Shown here: piece by piece, positions 7,977 through 18,491 of the stretch
Layout: each line of letters starts with the position of its first letter
How positions within the stretch are numbered: the stretch's first letter is position 1
Source of the DNA: Candidatus Vogelbacteria bacterium
Lineage (GTDB): Bacteria > Patescibacteriota > Minisyncoccia > Phycocordibacterales > JACRKE01
Reading direction: 5' to 3'
DNA: 39,771 nt
NCBI GenBank assembly: GCA_016215335.1
Contig: JACRKE010000011.1
Span: forward strand, 1-39,771
Notes under the pieces: generated by a model
The model's input: the letters and a program-made list of their open reading frames with translations, nothing else
What the model was told of the DNA's origin: nothing
Databases searched by the model: none
Position numbers and translations under genes: made by a program

Positions 7977-8122
7977 AGTAGTTAGTAGCTTGCCTGCCCG
8001 TATCGAACGATATGTTCGGTCGAGTGGCTAATAGCGATGGATTAGAAAAACCGCCCAAGGGCGGTTTTTCTAATGGATGAAATAAGAGTTGCAAGTCTAC
8101 CAGCTACCAGCTACTATCTACT
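7977..8122. repeat. Intergenic element with inverted heptamer-repeat ends enclosing hairpins
   Basis: AGTAGTTAGTAGCT (7977-7990) vs AGCTACTATCTACT (8109-8122), 13/14 complementary; CTACCAG-CTACCAG-CTACTAT-CTACTTA array. Confidence 0.55.
8041..8074. terminator. Bidirectional-type intrinsic terminator
   Basis: ATTAGAAAAACCGCCC-AA-GGGCGGTTTTTCTAAT, perfect 16-bp arms. Confidence 0.8.
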
Positions 8123-8132
8123 TACTATCATT

Positions 8133-8834
8133 ATGCATTTCCATGTAATTACAATTTTCCCCAAGCTTCTTGAATCATATCTTGCCGACTCAATTTTAGC
8201 GCGGGCGATTGAGTCAGACAAAATTAGCGTGCAATTTTATAATCCTCGAGACTTTACAGAGGACAAGCATCATAAGACTGACGACAGGCCCTATGCTGGA
8301 GGACCCGGGATGGTAATGTACGCTGCGCCGATTCTCCATGCTGTCGAATCGGCAATTTCCAATTTTCAATTTTTCCCGCCTGCGGACGGGACCCCGCCAA
8401 AGGCGGTGGCAATCTCCAACAAAAAAACAAAACCACAAATCTTCATTCTCTCACCTCGCGGAGAGCAGTTTACAAATCTGACTGCTAAAATGATTGCGAA
8501 CAATAAAAATACTGACATTATATTGATTTGCGGACGATATGAAGGCATCGATGCACGCGTTAAGAAAATTTTAAAAGCAAAAGAAATTTCAGTGGGACCT
8601 TACGTTCTTACTGGTGGTGAACTTCCAGCCATGATTATGATTGATTCAATTGCGCGTCAGATTCAAGGGGTGCTTGGCGACGAAGATTCTGTAGAAGAAA
8701 ATCGCACGGCGGCAGCTGAAGTTTACACCCGGCCTGAGATTCTCGAGTGGAAAAGCAAAAGATATAAAGTTCCTAAAGTTTTACTCTCGGGTGACCATAA
8801 AAAGATCGAGAAGTGGAAGATTGGAAATAAATAG
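8133..8834 (+). CDS. trmD: tRNA (guanine-N1)-methyltransferase TrmD, with an internal repeat-like insertion
   Basis: MHFHVITIFP, DDRPYAGGPGMV, LSPRG, LICGRYEGIDAR, SVGPYVLTGGELPA, YTRP, VPKVLLSGDH; start moved from 8073 to ATG 8133. Confidence 0.93.
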   Translation: MHFHVITIFPKLLESYLADSILARAIESDKISVQFYNPRDFTEDKHHKTDDRPYAGGPGMVMYAAPILHAVESAISNFQFFPPADGTPPKAVAISNKKTKPQIFILSPRGEQFTNLTAKMIANNKNTDIILICGRYEGIDARVKKILKAKEISVGPYVLTGGELPAMIMIDSIARQIQGVLGDEDSVEENRTAAAEVYTRPEILEWKSKRYKVPKVLLSGDHKKIEKWKIGNK

Positions 8835-8883
8835 TGTAGGGTTGTTGTCAGACCTTCAGTACTAAATTAAAGGAGGGCCTTCG

Positions 8884-9576
8884 ATGCCCAAACATAAACC
8901 AGAAGGCCTGCGGGCACTCTGGCACGTTCTTGCTACACCTTTCGGTGTCGGAATATCGCTTATGATTTCACCGGATTATGGTGTATACCTGTTGTTTCTG
9001 GTGGTTGCCTTGGAGGAGCTCATAAGAATCAACTTTAGCCTCATCCATAAGACATGTGTTGGTTATTATGGACTCGGGGCGACGGTCAATCTAGAATCTT
9101 GGCCTGCTCCGTTCAAAAAGACCTACTCTAGAGCCTCTGGATTCGTCCGCTATTTAGTAAACGAAATCTTTCGAGAGGACGAGATGGCTGGTAGACCAAC
9201 GGCAGCTCTCGCGATGAGTGTCGGCATTATGCTCGCGTGGATAATTGCACCCAGAGAACATTTTTGGATATCTGTGATCTGTGCAGCTGTAATAGACCCA
9301 GCGGCCAGACTTACTGGTATCCACTATGGTGCAACACCTTTTCCGGGTGTAGAAAAGAAGACCTGTGAGGGTTATCTTGGCGCCTTGCTCGCCGGAGCAA
9401 TGGCGTCCTCTGCTGCTGGGTATCCGTGGCCTGCAGCCGGCATGATTGGAGTCGCTGCGGCATCGGGTGAAGTAATTGGCCGCCACGAGCCTTGGTGGTT
9501 CGACGATAATCTTTTCGTCGCTCCTCTAGTCGCCATAACTGTTCGAGTGCTCTCATACCTCTACTTCCTCTCGTGA
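8884..9576 (+). CDS. Membrane protein, dolichol/phytol kinase-like (CTP-dependent kinase family)
   Basis: Multiple TM segments; D-P-A-A, G..YG, KKTCEG (cf. KS/TxEG) and DDNL motifs; AAGGAGG SD. Confidence 0.6.
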   Translation: MPKHKPEGLRALWHVLATPFGVGISLMISPDYGVYLLFLVVALEELIRINFSLIHKTCVGYYGLGATVNLESWPAPFKKTYSRASGFVRYLVNEIFREDEMAGRPTAALAMSVGIMLAWIIAPREHFWISVICAAVIDPAARLTGIHYGATPFPGVEKKTCEGYLGALLAGAMASSAAGYPWPAAGMIGVAAASGEVIGRHEPWWFDDNLFVAPLVAITVRVLSYLYFLS

Positions 9577-9598
9577 TCTATTCGGGGGGAAGTTTTTT
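9564..9598 (+). terminator. Intrinsic terminator
   Basis: CTTCCTCTCG / CGGGGGGAAG stem with G-U pairs followed by TTTTTT. Confidence 0.55.
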
Positions 9599-9647
9599 GT
9601 TTTAAATGTACTGATATCCACTTGACTCATTTTCCACTCTGACGGAG

Positions 9648-9676
9648 TTGACATAAGGGTGCTTATTTTCTATACT
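9648..9676 (+). promoter_or_regulatory. Near-consensus sigma70 promoter of rpoBC
   Basis: TTGACA (9648-9653), 17 nt, TATACT (9671-9676). Confidence 0.8.
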
Positions 9677-9682
9677 ACTTAT

Positions 9683-9831
9683 GAACATTGCACGATTGAG
9701 TATTTGGCGAAGCAATTTTTTATACAACGGCCGTCTACGGCCATAGCTAAAAATAGGGAATACGTGCACCCTTATATTATTAACAAGTAAGCCACAATAA
9801 AAGGCGACAAGCTGCTTGCCGCAGTTTTTTT
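9683..9831 (+). promoter_or_regulatory. Structured 5' leader of rpoB with a possible attenuator
   Basis: TGCACG/CGTGCA closing stem, GGCCGT-CT-ACGGCC, and AAGCTGC-TTGCC-GCAGTTT plus U-run. Confidence 0.4.
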
Positions 9832-9861
9832 GTCTCACAAACGCTCATTTAATTAAAAAAT

Positions 9862-12800
9862 ATGTTGTCTACAACAGAAAAGCTTCCTAAAAAACTGTTC
9901 TCCCAGCACAAAGAGCCCTTGATCGACATGCCGGCGCCAATCGAGATGCAGATTGCTTCTTATAAGTGGCTTATGGAAAAGGGAATCTCTGAAGTTTTCG
10001 AAGAGTTCTCCACTATTAAGGATTACTCCGGCAAGAAATTCGATTTGAAGATTGTAGGTTACAGACTTGATAAACCGACAGTTGACGAGTTCCAAGCCAA
10101 GGCAAACAAGCTTACTCTTGAAACTCCGATGCGGGTTACTCTCAAGCTCATAAACAAAGTGATGAATGAGGAGAAGGAGCAAGAGATCTTTATGACTGAT
10201 TTTCCTATCATGACTCCCCATGGAACCTTCATTGTTAATGGCGTAGAGCGTGTGGTTGTACCACAACTCGCCAGAAGCTTCGGAGTATTTTTCACAATGG
10301 ACGAGGCGAAGGGTCGCAGATATTTTGGTGCCAAAATCAATCCGGTTCGCGGTGCATGGATTGAAATAGAGACTGAAGCTGACGGTGTTATATATGTTCG
10401 CATTGACCGACGCAGAAAATTCCCCGTCTCATCGCTTTTGCGCGTTTATGGTGATGGCAAGACAGACGCGGAAATCAAGCAAGATTTCGTTGACTTAGTT
10501 TCAGAAATTCCCTATATCGAAAACTCATTTGCAAAGGATCACGCCAAGAACTCCGACGATTCATTCGTTGAGATATACCGTAGACTGCGTGATAACGACC
10601 TTGCAACCCCAGCGTCTGCTCGTGAATTTATAAACGGAATTTTTGATAAAGAAAGATACGATCTTTCGCCTGTAGGACGCTTCAGATTCAACAAGCGCTT
10701 CGATAAGCCGATGACAGAAGTTGCGCTTGCTCGCAAAACTTTGAATTACGAAGACATGGTAGCTACTGTAAGGCACATTATTGAACTTAATAATGAGAGC
10801 GATGCAGAGGCAGATGATATTGATCACTTGGGCTTGCGCCGCGTGAGGTTGGTAGGCGAAATGCTTCAGCTGAAGGTACGCCTCGGTCTTCAACAGATGA
10901 AAAGAAGTATCCAAGACAGAATGTCTACCATCGATACATCGACTTCACTTCCTGTACAGATTGTAAATCCGCGCGCACTGCAAGCAAGAATTAAGGAGTT
11001 CTTCACCACAAACCAGCTATCGCAATTTATGCGACAAGAGAACGTTCTTTCAGAGCTCGAGCACTTGCGAAGACTCTCCGCACTTGGTCCCGGAGGACTT
11101 ACTCGCGAACGAGCGGGATTTGAAGTTCGCGATGTACACACGTCACACTATGGTCGTGTTTGTCCAATCCAGACACCTGAAGGTCCAAACATCGGTCTTA
11201 TTCTCACTCTTTCTTCGTACGCACGTATAAATGATTTTGGAATTATTGAGGCGCCTTACGCCAAAGTAAAGAAAGGCAAGGTAACCGACGAAATTGTCTA
11301 CCTTAATGCACTTGAAGAAGAGCAGTACAATATCGCGCACGGAGGCGTACCGGTGGACAAAGACGGAATGATTATGAAAGAGGAGGTTGAGGCCAGAATC
11401 AAAGCAAATCCGGGCGTAATTTCAAGAGACAAGATTGATTACATTGATGTGGCTACGAATCAGGCATATTCGATTGCTACTTCGATGATTCCATTCATTG
11501 AGCATAACTATGCGACTCGCGCACTCATGGGTTCAAACATGCAGAAACAATCGACCCCGTGCATCGTACCCGAGGCACCCCTGGTTTCTACCGGTATTGA
11601 AGAAAGAGTGGCCTCTGCAACTGGCCGTTTGGCACTGGCTGGCAGTGATGGTGTTGTTGAGAAGGTGGACGCACGAAATATTACAATAAAGACAGATGAT
11701 GGTGAAAAAGAGGAGCACAAACTTATAAACTTTTCTAGAACGAACGATTTCACTTCAAGTCACCAGCGACCAAACGTGACTCTTGGTCAGAAGGTGAAGA
11801 AGGGTGATGTGCTCGCCGATACTTCTACAACTGCACATGGACAAATAGCGCTCGGACAAAATATGTTTGTAGCCTTCATGTCGTGGGGAGGAGCAAACTA
11901 TGAAGACGCTATTATCATTTCAGAAAAGTTGGTAAGGAATAGCAAGTTTTCGAGTATACACATTGAAGAGTTTTCGCTAAGTGTTCGTGATACTAAACTT
12001 GGCCCAGAAGTTACAACGCATGACATACCGAACGTGGGTGAATCGAAATTAAAGGATCTTGACGAAGATGGTATTGTCAGAATCGGTGCTGAAGTCGGTC
12101 CAAACGATATTTTGGTCGGCAAGATCACGCCTAAAGGCGAAACAGAACTCACACCAGAAGAGCGATTGCTTCGAGCGATCTTCGGTGAGAAATCGAGAGA
12201 CGTGAAAGACAGCTCGCTTCGTATGGGCCATGGCAAAAGAGGACGCGTTATAGGAGTAAAAGTATTTTCTCGCGACCGCGGTGACAAACTTGAATCCGGA
12301 ATAATAAAGAAAATATTTATTGAAGTCGCACAACTTAGAAATCTGTCAGTCGGAGATAAAATGGCCGGACGACACGGCAACAAGGGTATTGTCTCTCGTA
12401 TTCTTCCTGAGGAAGACATGCCGTTCATGGAAGACGGTAGACAAGTGGATGTGATACTGACTCCTCTCGGCGTACCTTCTCGCATGAACTTGGGACAAAT
12501 CCTTGAGATGCACATGGGACTTGCGGCAAACACTCTTGGTTATCAGGCTATTACGCCTCCTTTCTACGGCCCTACAGAAAAAGAGATTAAAGAAGAGCTG
12601 GTCAAAGCAGGATACCCTGAAGGGGGTAAGGTAAGAATGTTTGACGGTCAGACAGGAGAGGCCTTCGACAAAGACATTGCCATCGGATACATGTATATGT
12701 TGAAACTCGGACACATGGTGGAAGACAAAATTCACATGCGTTCAGTTGGCCCATACTCGCTTATTACACAGCAACCTCTTGGTGGAAAGGCCCAGGGTGG

Positions 12801-13044
12801 AGGGCAGAGGTTTGGAGAAATGGAGGTGTGGGCGCTTGAAGGTTACGGTGCTGCTTACACACTCCGCGAGATGCTTACTATTAAGTCAGATGATATTCAG
12901 GGTCGTTCAGCGGCTTTTGACTCTATCGTAAAAGGGGACGAAATACGACAACCAAACATACCAGCATCGTTCAATGTGCTCCTAAGTGAACTAAAGGGGC
13001 TCTCGCTCGACGTTGAACTTCGAACTCTAAATGATGAGGAGTAA
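9862..13044 (+). CDS. rpoB: RNA polymerase beta subunit
   Basis: GTFIVNGVERV, RRLSALGPGGL, TPEGPNIGL, GDKMAGRHGNKG, GGQRFGEMEVWALE. Confidence 0.99.
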   Translation: MLSTTEKLPKKLFSQHKEPLIDMPAPIEMQIASYKWLMEKGISEVFEEFSTIKDYSGKKFDLKIVGYRLDKPTVDEFQAKANKLTLETPMRVTLKLINKVMNEEKEQEIFMTDFPIMTPHGTFIVNGVERVVVPQLARSFGVFFTMDEAKGRRYFGAKINPVRGAWIEIETEADGVIYVRIDRRRKFPVSSLLRVYGDGKTDAEIKQDFVDLVSEIPYIENSFAKDHAKNSDDSFVEIYRRLRDNDLATPASAREFINGIFDKERYDLSPVGRFRFNKRFDKPMTEVALARKTLNYEDMVATVRHIIELNNESDAEADDIDHLGLRRVRLVGEMLQLKVRLGLQQMKRSIQDRMSTIDTSTSLPVQIVNPRALQARIKEFFTTNQLSQFMRQENVLSELEHLRRLSALGPGGLTRERAGFEVRDVHTSHYGRVCPIQTPEGPNIGLILTLSSYARINDFGIIEAPYAKVKKGKVTDEIVYLNALEEEQYNIAHGGVPVDKDGMIMKEEVEARIKANPGVISRDKIDYIDVATNQAYSIATSMIPFIEHNYATRALMGSNMQKQSTPCIVPEAPLVSTGIEERVASATGRLALAGSDGVVEKVDARNITIKTDDGEKEEHKLINFSRTNDFTSSHQRPNVTLGQKVKKGDVLADTSTTAHGQIALGQNMFVAFMSWGGANYEDAIIISEKLVRNSKFSSIHIEEFSLSVRDTKLGPEVTTHDIPNVGESKLKDLDEDGIVRIGAEVGPNDILVGKITPKGETELTPEERLLRAIFGEKSRDVKDSSLRMGHGKRGRVIGVKVFSRDRGDKLESGIIKKIFIEVAQLRNLSVGDKMAGRHGNKGIVSRILPEEDMPFMEDGRQVDVILTPLGVPSRMNLGQILEMHMGLAANTLGYQAITPPFYGPTEKEIKEELVKAGYPEGGKVRMFDGQTGEAFDKDIAIGYMYMLKLGHMVEDKIHMRSVGPYSLITQQPLGGKAQGGGQRFGEMEVWALEGYGAAYTLREMLTIKSDDIQGRSAAFDSIVKGDEIRQPNIPASFNVLLSELKGLSLDVELRTLNDEE

Positions 13045-13067
13045 ATAAAACTAAAATCGAAAAATAT

Positions 13068-16000
13068 ATGGAAAATAGACCTCAAAACATTGGAACGATT
13101 GCCAGAGAAAGTGCAAACACTGTTCCTAACGATTTCAATGCGATATCACTCAAGCTTGCGTCCCCCGATCGTATAAGACAATGGTCGCGTGGAGAAGTTA
13201 CTAAGCCGGAAACAATCAATTATAGAACTCAAAGATCCGAAAGAGGGGGGCTTTTTGATGAAAAGATTTTCGGCCCAGAGAAAGATTATGAATGTTACTG
13301 CGGTAAATACCGACGAATAAGATACAAGGATATAGTATGTGAAAAATGTGGAGTCGAGGTAACTCGGTCAATTGTCAGACGCGAAAGAATGGGTCACATA
13401 GAACTTGCTGCACCCGCGGCGCACATCTGGTTCCTGCGGGGCATTCCTTCAAAGATTGGACTACTTCTGGATCTACCGGTGGCAGATGTTGAAAAAGTAA
13501 TTTATTTCGCGGGATATATTGTCACTCGGGTCAATGAGGAAGATAAGAAGAAATTGTTACGAGAGCTTGATAATGAATTCAAATCAAAGACTAAATCTGC
13601 AAACAGCGACGAAGCTAAAGAGGCTATAAAGCAGTCACTCATTGAAGTTAAGCGAGAAATTGAATCAATTTCCGAGGGAATGGTTCTTGATGAAGTCAAG
13701 TATGTAAAGTTCTCACTCAAATACGGTCTTATCTTTGAAGCGGAGATCGGAGCTGAAGCAATCTACAAACTTTTCAAAAAAATGGACTTGCCGAAGATGG
13801 TTCAGGAATTACACGAAAGACTTGAAGGGGCAAGTGCAGCAACAACGCCTAAGCTTCAGAAGAGATTACAGCTTGTCCAGGCCATGATCAGATCCGGTGT
13901 GCGTCCTGAATGGATGTTTCTTAGCGTCATTCCTGTTACTCCTCCGGCTATTCGACCAATGGTAGCCCTTGATGGCGGTAGACACGCAACTTCCGACGTA
14001 AACGATCTTTACAGGCGTGTAATCAACCGAAATAACCGACTGAAAAGACTTCAAGAGATAAATGCGCCGGAAGTAATTCAGAGAAATGAAAAACGAATTC
14101 TACAGGAAGCAGTGGACGCACTCATAGATAACTCTATTCGTCATAGCGCCGGAGCCGGTGGCGCAGTCTCTCAAGCACAGCGAAGACCGCTCAAATCACT
14201 TGCAGATATGCTTAAGGGTAAGCAGGGACGTTTTAGGCAGAACTTGCTTGGAAAGCGTGTGGATTACTCCGGAAGAAGTGTGATTGTTGTGGGTCCAACC
14301 CTTAGACTTGACCAGTGCGGACTTCCAAAGCACATGGCGCTCGAACTCTTCAGGCCATTCGTGATCTCAAAGATTTTGGAGCGCGAGCTTGCCTTCAATA
14401 TTCGAGGTGCCGGTAAATTAATAGAGGAAGGAGCGGCAGAGGTATGGGCCATTCTTGAAGAAGTTATTAAGAACAAATACGTGCTTCTTAATCGGGCGCC
14501 TACTCTTCATAGACTTGGTATTCAGGCTTTTATGCCGGTACTGATAGAAGGAAATGCAATCCAGATTCATCCGCTGGTTTGTGCGGCATTTAACGCAGAC
14601 TTTGACGGAGACCAGATGGCGGTACATGTTCCTCTGGGTCCGGAAGCTCAAGCTGAGGCGCGCGAGCTCATGGCAGCGAATAATAACTTGCTTTTACCAG
14701 GAAGTGGTAACCCGATTGTCACACCAAAGCTTGATATAGTGCTTGGATGTTACTGGATGACGAAAGCAGTGCCGGGCGAAAAAGGAGAAGGTATGATTTT
14801 CCAATCTACAAATGCGGCAATTCTTGCTTATGACTTCGGACTTGTTGGATTTCGAGCAAAGGTCAAGATCATGGCAGGCGATCATCCGAAGTACGCAGTT
14901 TTTAAGGGTGGCATATTCGAGACAACAGTTGGAAGACTTATGTTCGGCAGTATATTCCCGAACGATTTCCCTTACATCAATCATGAAATTACAGGAGCCG
15001 AATTAGCTGCTATTATTGAAGATTTGATTGCGCGTTATGGGGTGGCCGGGACTCCTCAGATTCTAGACAAAATTAAGGCCTTCGGTTACAAATATATTAC
15101 AAGATCAGGTACCACATGGGGAATAGATGACCTGCATATTTCACCCGAAAAAGCGCCAATCATTGAAAGCGCGCGAGCGGAAGCAAAGACGGTGGAGGAT
15201 AATTACGCAGAAGGGCTTATCTCTGACAATGAACGCTACCGAATGGTGATTGAAATTTGGACCGCGGCCAAGAGTGCCATAGAAAAACTTGTGCCGAAAA
15301 CCCTTCCAGAAAATGGCAGTGTTCAAGACATGATCTACTCGAAGGCTAGAGGTGTTATGTCTCAAACTGCTCAAATGTCGGGTATGATCGGAATGATCGT
15401 CGATTCTCGCGGCCGCACATTGGATTTCCCGATCATTCCTTGCTACAAGGAAGGTTTGTCGCCACTTGAATATTTCATTACAACACACGGTACTAGAAAA
15501 GGTCTTACGGATACTGCTCTTAACACCGCTAAATCAGGATATCTTACCAGGCGTTTGGTGGACGTATCACAGGATTGTGTAATTATAGATGAAGATTGTG
15601 GAGAGAAGAGCGGTAGGGTGGTTAACAAATCAAACCTGATTGGAATTGGCGCTAATATTACAAGCGCCGTGAGGGGTAGAATACTTGCAAAAGATGTAAA
15701 GGATTCTTTGGGAACAGTCCTATACAAAAAAGGAGACTTGCTCTATAAAGCCGATGCCAAGAAAATCGAAGATGCAGGTGTTACACAGGTCTACATCAGA
15801 TCTCCCCTCACATGTCTCTCAAATCGAGGAATCTGTAGACAATGCTACGGACTCGACCTTGGAAGAAACAGACTTGTGGCGAGGGGTGAAGCAGTGGGAA
15901 TTATTGCTGCTCAATCAATCGGCGAACCTGGTACTCAACTTACAATGCGCACATTCCACTCGGGAGGTATTTCTCAAGAGGCTGGAGACATTACTATGGG

Positions 16001-16742
16001 TCTTCCTCGCGTGGAAGAAATTTTCGAGAAGAGACCGCCAAAGAATCCGGCGGTGATCAGCCAGACTGATGGTGAGGTCATTGAAATACGAGAAGAGGGT
16101 CGCGACCGAATAGTTACAGTATTATCTGATGTGGTGGTTTCCAAAGATGCAAAGAGCGCAAGCACCACCTATACAATCCCATTCGTAAGAACAGTAATAT
16201 CAAAGGTTGGCGATAAGGTTAAGAAAGGGGATCTCATCACAGACGGATCTGCTAATTTGACAGAGCTCTTCGATTTTGGGGGTAAAGAAAAAACAGAGGA
16301 TTACATTCTTAATGAAATTCATAAGGTTTATTCAATGCAGGGAGCTCAAGTGGCGCGCAAGCACGTAGAAGTAATCATTCGTGAGATGTTCTCAAGGCGT
16401 ATTGTTACAACTCCCGGGGGCACAAATCTCGTGCGAGGCGAGATTGTAGACATTGCAAAACTTAGTATGGAAAATTCCAGAGCAGAGAAGGTGGGCAATG
16501 AAATAGCGAAAGGAGAACTTCTGATAAAAGGAATTTCAGAAGTTGCGCTTACCACTTCAAGCTTCTTGTCTGCAGCATCCTTCCAGAACACTTCGAGAGT
16601 TCTCATTGATACCGCAATCAAGGGTGGTGTAGATCACTTGGTGGGCCTCAAAGAAAACGTCATAATTGGTCGCTTGATTCCTGCGGGTACAGGGTTCTGG
16701 GCGCATAATATCGATGACAGAGAGGTTAAAAAAGAAGAATAG
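13068..16742 (+). CDS. rpoC: RNA polymerase beta' subunit
   Basis: Zn finger [21 protein letters not shown], catalytic [29 protein letters not shown]. Confidence 0.99.
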   Translation: MENRPQNIGTIARESANTVPNDFNAISLKLASPDRIRQWSRGEVTKPETINYRTQRSERGGLFDEKIFGPEKDYECYCGKYRRIRYKDIVCEKCGVEVTRSIVRRERMGHIELAAPAAHIWFLRGIPSKIGLLLDLPVADVEKVIYFAGYIVTRVNEEDKKKLLRELDNEFKSKTKSANSDEAKEAIKQSLIEVKREIESISEGMVLDEVKYVKFSLKYGLIFEAEIGAEAIYKLFKKMDLPKMVQELHERLEGASAATTPKLQKRLQLVQAMIRSGVRPEWMFLSVIPVTPPAIRPMVALDGGRHATSDVNDLYRRVINRNNRLKRLQEINAPEVIQRNEKRILQEAVDALIDNSIRHSAGAGGAVSQAQRRPLKSLADMLKGKQGRFRQNLLGKRVDYSGRSVIVVGPTLRLDQCGLPKHMALELFRPFVISKILERELAFNIRGAGKLIEEGAAEVWAILEEVIKNKYVLLNRAPTLHRLGIQAFMPVLIEGNAIQIHPLVCAAFNADFDGDQMAVHVPLGPEAQAEARELMAANNNLLLPGSGNPIVTPKLDIVLGCYWMTKAVPGEKGEGMIFQSTNAAILAYDFGLVGFRAKVKIMAGDHPKYAVFKGGIFETTVGRLMFGSIFPNDFPYINHEITGAELAAIIEDLIARYGVAGTPQILDKIKAFGYKYITRSGTTWGIDDLHISPEKAPIIESARAEAKTVEDNYAEGLISDNERYRMVIEIWTAAKSAIEKLVPKTLPENGSVQDMIYSKARGVMSQTAQMSGMIGMIVDSRGRTLDFPIIPCYKEGLSPLEYFITTHGTRKGLTDTALNTAKSGYLTRRLVDVSQDCVIIDEDCGEKSGRVVNKSNLIGIGANITSAVRGRILAKDVKDSLGTVLYKKGDLLYKADAKKIEDAGVTQVYIRSPLTCLSNRGICRQCYGLDLGRNRLVARGEAVGIIAAQSIGEPGTQLTMRTFHSGGISQEAGDITMGLPRVEEIFEKRPPKNPAVISQTDGEVIEIREEGRDRIVTVLSDVVVSKDAKSASTTYTIPFVRTVISKVGDKVKKGDLITDGSANLTELFDFGGKEKTEDYILNEIHKVYSMQGAQVARKHVEVIIREMFSRRIVTTPGGTNLVRGEIVDIAKLSMENSRAEKVGNEIAKGELLIKGISEVALTTSSFLSAASFQNTSRVLIDTAIKGGVDHLVGLKENVIIGRLIPAGTGFWAHNIDDREVKKEE

Positions 16743-16762
16743 GAAATCAAAATTCAATAACT

Positions 16763-18487
16763 GTGTCATCGCTCGTTGAACAAATCAAGACGCGCTTGAG
16801 TATTGCGGATGTCGTAGGCACGTATATAAAGATTGATAAGCAGGGGTCGACCTTGAAGGCCAGATGTCCTTTCCATAATGAAAAGACTCCATCATTTTTC
16901 ATTTCTCCCGCCCGGGCCAGCTTCTATTGCTTCGGATGCAATAAAGGTGGTGACGTATTTACTTTTGTGCAGGAGATTGAAGGTTTGGATTTTAGGGGGG
17001 CTCTCAAGGTTCTTGCTGACCGCGCAGGATTAAATCTTGCGGACTTTTCTGACTTTAAAGAAGATACAGGAGAAAAAAGTACATTGAAGAACCTCATGGA
17101 GGTAGCGGCCACATTCTATGAGGATAGGCTGAAAGAAAGTTTAGAGACCATGGATTATCTTCGTGGACGAGGTCTTAAAGATGAAACTATAAAAAAATTT
17201 CGTCTCGGCTTTGCTCCAGACGAATGGGGGGCGCTCTACAAGTATCTAATGTCAAGAAAGTTTCGTGAGGCCGAGATAGAGAAAGCCGGGATGATCATAA
17301 AAGGAGAGAGGGGATATTACGACAGATTCAGAAACAGGATAATGTTTCCACTTGAAGATGCGGGCGGCACAGTCGTTGCTTTTTCGGGAAGAGTGCTTCC
17401 GGGAGTAAGTAGGTCTGGCGGCAAAGATCCGGCTAAATATATCAATTCACCCGAAACGGTTCTTTACAGTAAATCAAATTTTCTTTACGGATTTAATCAC
17501 GCCAAGGTTTCAATGCGTCAAAACAAATCTGTTATTCTGGTAGAGGGGCAGATGGATCTCATAATGTCTCACCAGGCGGGAGTGTCCAATGTTGTAGCCG
17601 TCTCTGGCACGGCGCTTACCAATATGCACTTGCAAATGTTGAAGAGATTGAGTAATAATGTTCTTATGGCGTTCGATCAGGACGTGGCTGGTTTCAACGC
17701 AGCACGTCGCGCAATCGAAATGGCTCTGGAACATAAGTTAGAAGTTAGCATTCCAATTTTGCTCAATGCGAAAGATCCTGCTGATTTGGTACGTGAAAAT
17801 CCAATATTGTGGTGCACGGCGGTTTCTCATGCATTGCCTATAATTGACGCTTTGCTTCAGACAATTACAGCTCGTAAATTGTCCGCGGACGAAAGAAGAC
17901 GTGCTGTGGAACAAGAAGTCCTTCCGTTTGCTGTGAGACTCCGCAGCAGTTTAGACCAGGCTCATTATGCGCGTCTGATCGCTGATTTTTTAGGCCTTCA
18001 AGAGGATTCAATATGGAAAGCAGTGAAAGAAGTCTCCTCTAAATTAGAGAAGGGTACTCCTTCTTCTAATGTCCATATCACTCTACCCACACACGAGGAA
18101 AAAAGGCTCACGAATATCGTAAAGAGAATAAATTCCATTCTTCTTTGGCAAAGTAAGGAGGCTGATCCACAGATACCAGTCGAAGAATTTCGGCTTAGAT
18201 TATCGGAGTTTTTACCGGACTCAAATTCAGACAGATGTCCTCCAGAAAAGGATGAGCAGGCAGAAATCTTTAGGGCTGAGGTGGCCTACTCGGGACACAG
18301 TAATCTAAAAGGTGAATGCGATAGTCTGTTTAAGGGACTCGAGGAAGAGATTATAAAGGAAAAACTAATCAAAGTGATGGAAGATCTAAAAAAAGCTGAG
18401 AATGATAAGAACTCATTTGAAATCGAGAAACATGTCGAAAAATATCATTCTCTATCAAAGCAGTTAAACGATCTAAAACAAAAGTAG
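16763..18487 (+). CDS. dnaG: DNA primase
   Basis: [15 protein letters not shown] zinc finger, [30 protein letters not shown] and FDQDVAG; GTG start. Confidence 0.97.
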   Translation: MSSLVEQIKTRLSIADVVGTYIKIDKQGSTLKARCPFHNEKTPSFFISPARASFYCFGCNKGGDVFTFVQEIEGLDFRGALKVLADRAGLNLADFSDFKEDTGEKSTLKNLMEVAATFYEDRLKESLETMDYLRGRGLKDETIKKFRLGFAPDEWGALYKYLMSRKFREAEIEKAGMIIKGERGYYDRFRNRIMFPLEDAGGTVVAFSGRVLPGVSRSGGKDPAKYINSPETVLYSKSNFLYGFNHAKVSMRQNKSVILVEGQMDLIMSHQAGVSNVVAVSGTALTNMHLQMLKRLSNNVLMAFDQDVAGFNAARRAIEMALEHKLEVSIPILLNAKDPADLVRENPILWCTAVSHALPIIDALLQTITARKLSADERRRAVEQEVLPFAVRLRSSLDQAHYARLIADFLGLQEDSIWKAVKEVSSKLEKGTPSSNVHITLPTHEEKRLTNIVKRINSILLWQSKEADPQIPVEEFRLRLSEFLPDSNSDRCPPEKDEQAEIFRAEVAYSGHSNLKGECDSLFKGLEEEIIKEKLIKVMEDLKKAENDKNSFEIEKHVEKYHSLSKQLNDLKQK

Positions 18488-18491
18488 AAGC

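Noticed and set aside
8073-8132. N-terminal extension of TrmD in the ORF track
   Set aside because: It starts within the terminator arm and translates the heptamer array; the family-typical start MHFHVITIFP is at 8133
9681-9746. 21-codon uORF in the rpoB leader (MNIARLSIW...)
   Set aside because: The ATG lies only 4 nt after the -10 box, probably upstream of the TSS; no supporting features
11898-12533. Long antisense ORFs inside rpoB (and similar ones in smc, rpoC, xfp and the GT2 genes)
   Set aside because: Shadow frames of well-conserved genes, with no independent signals
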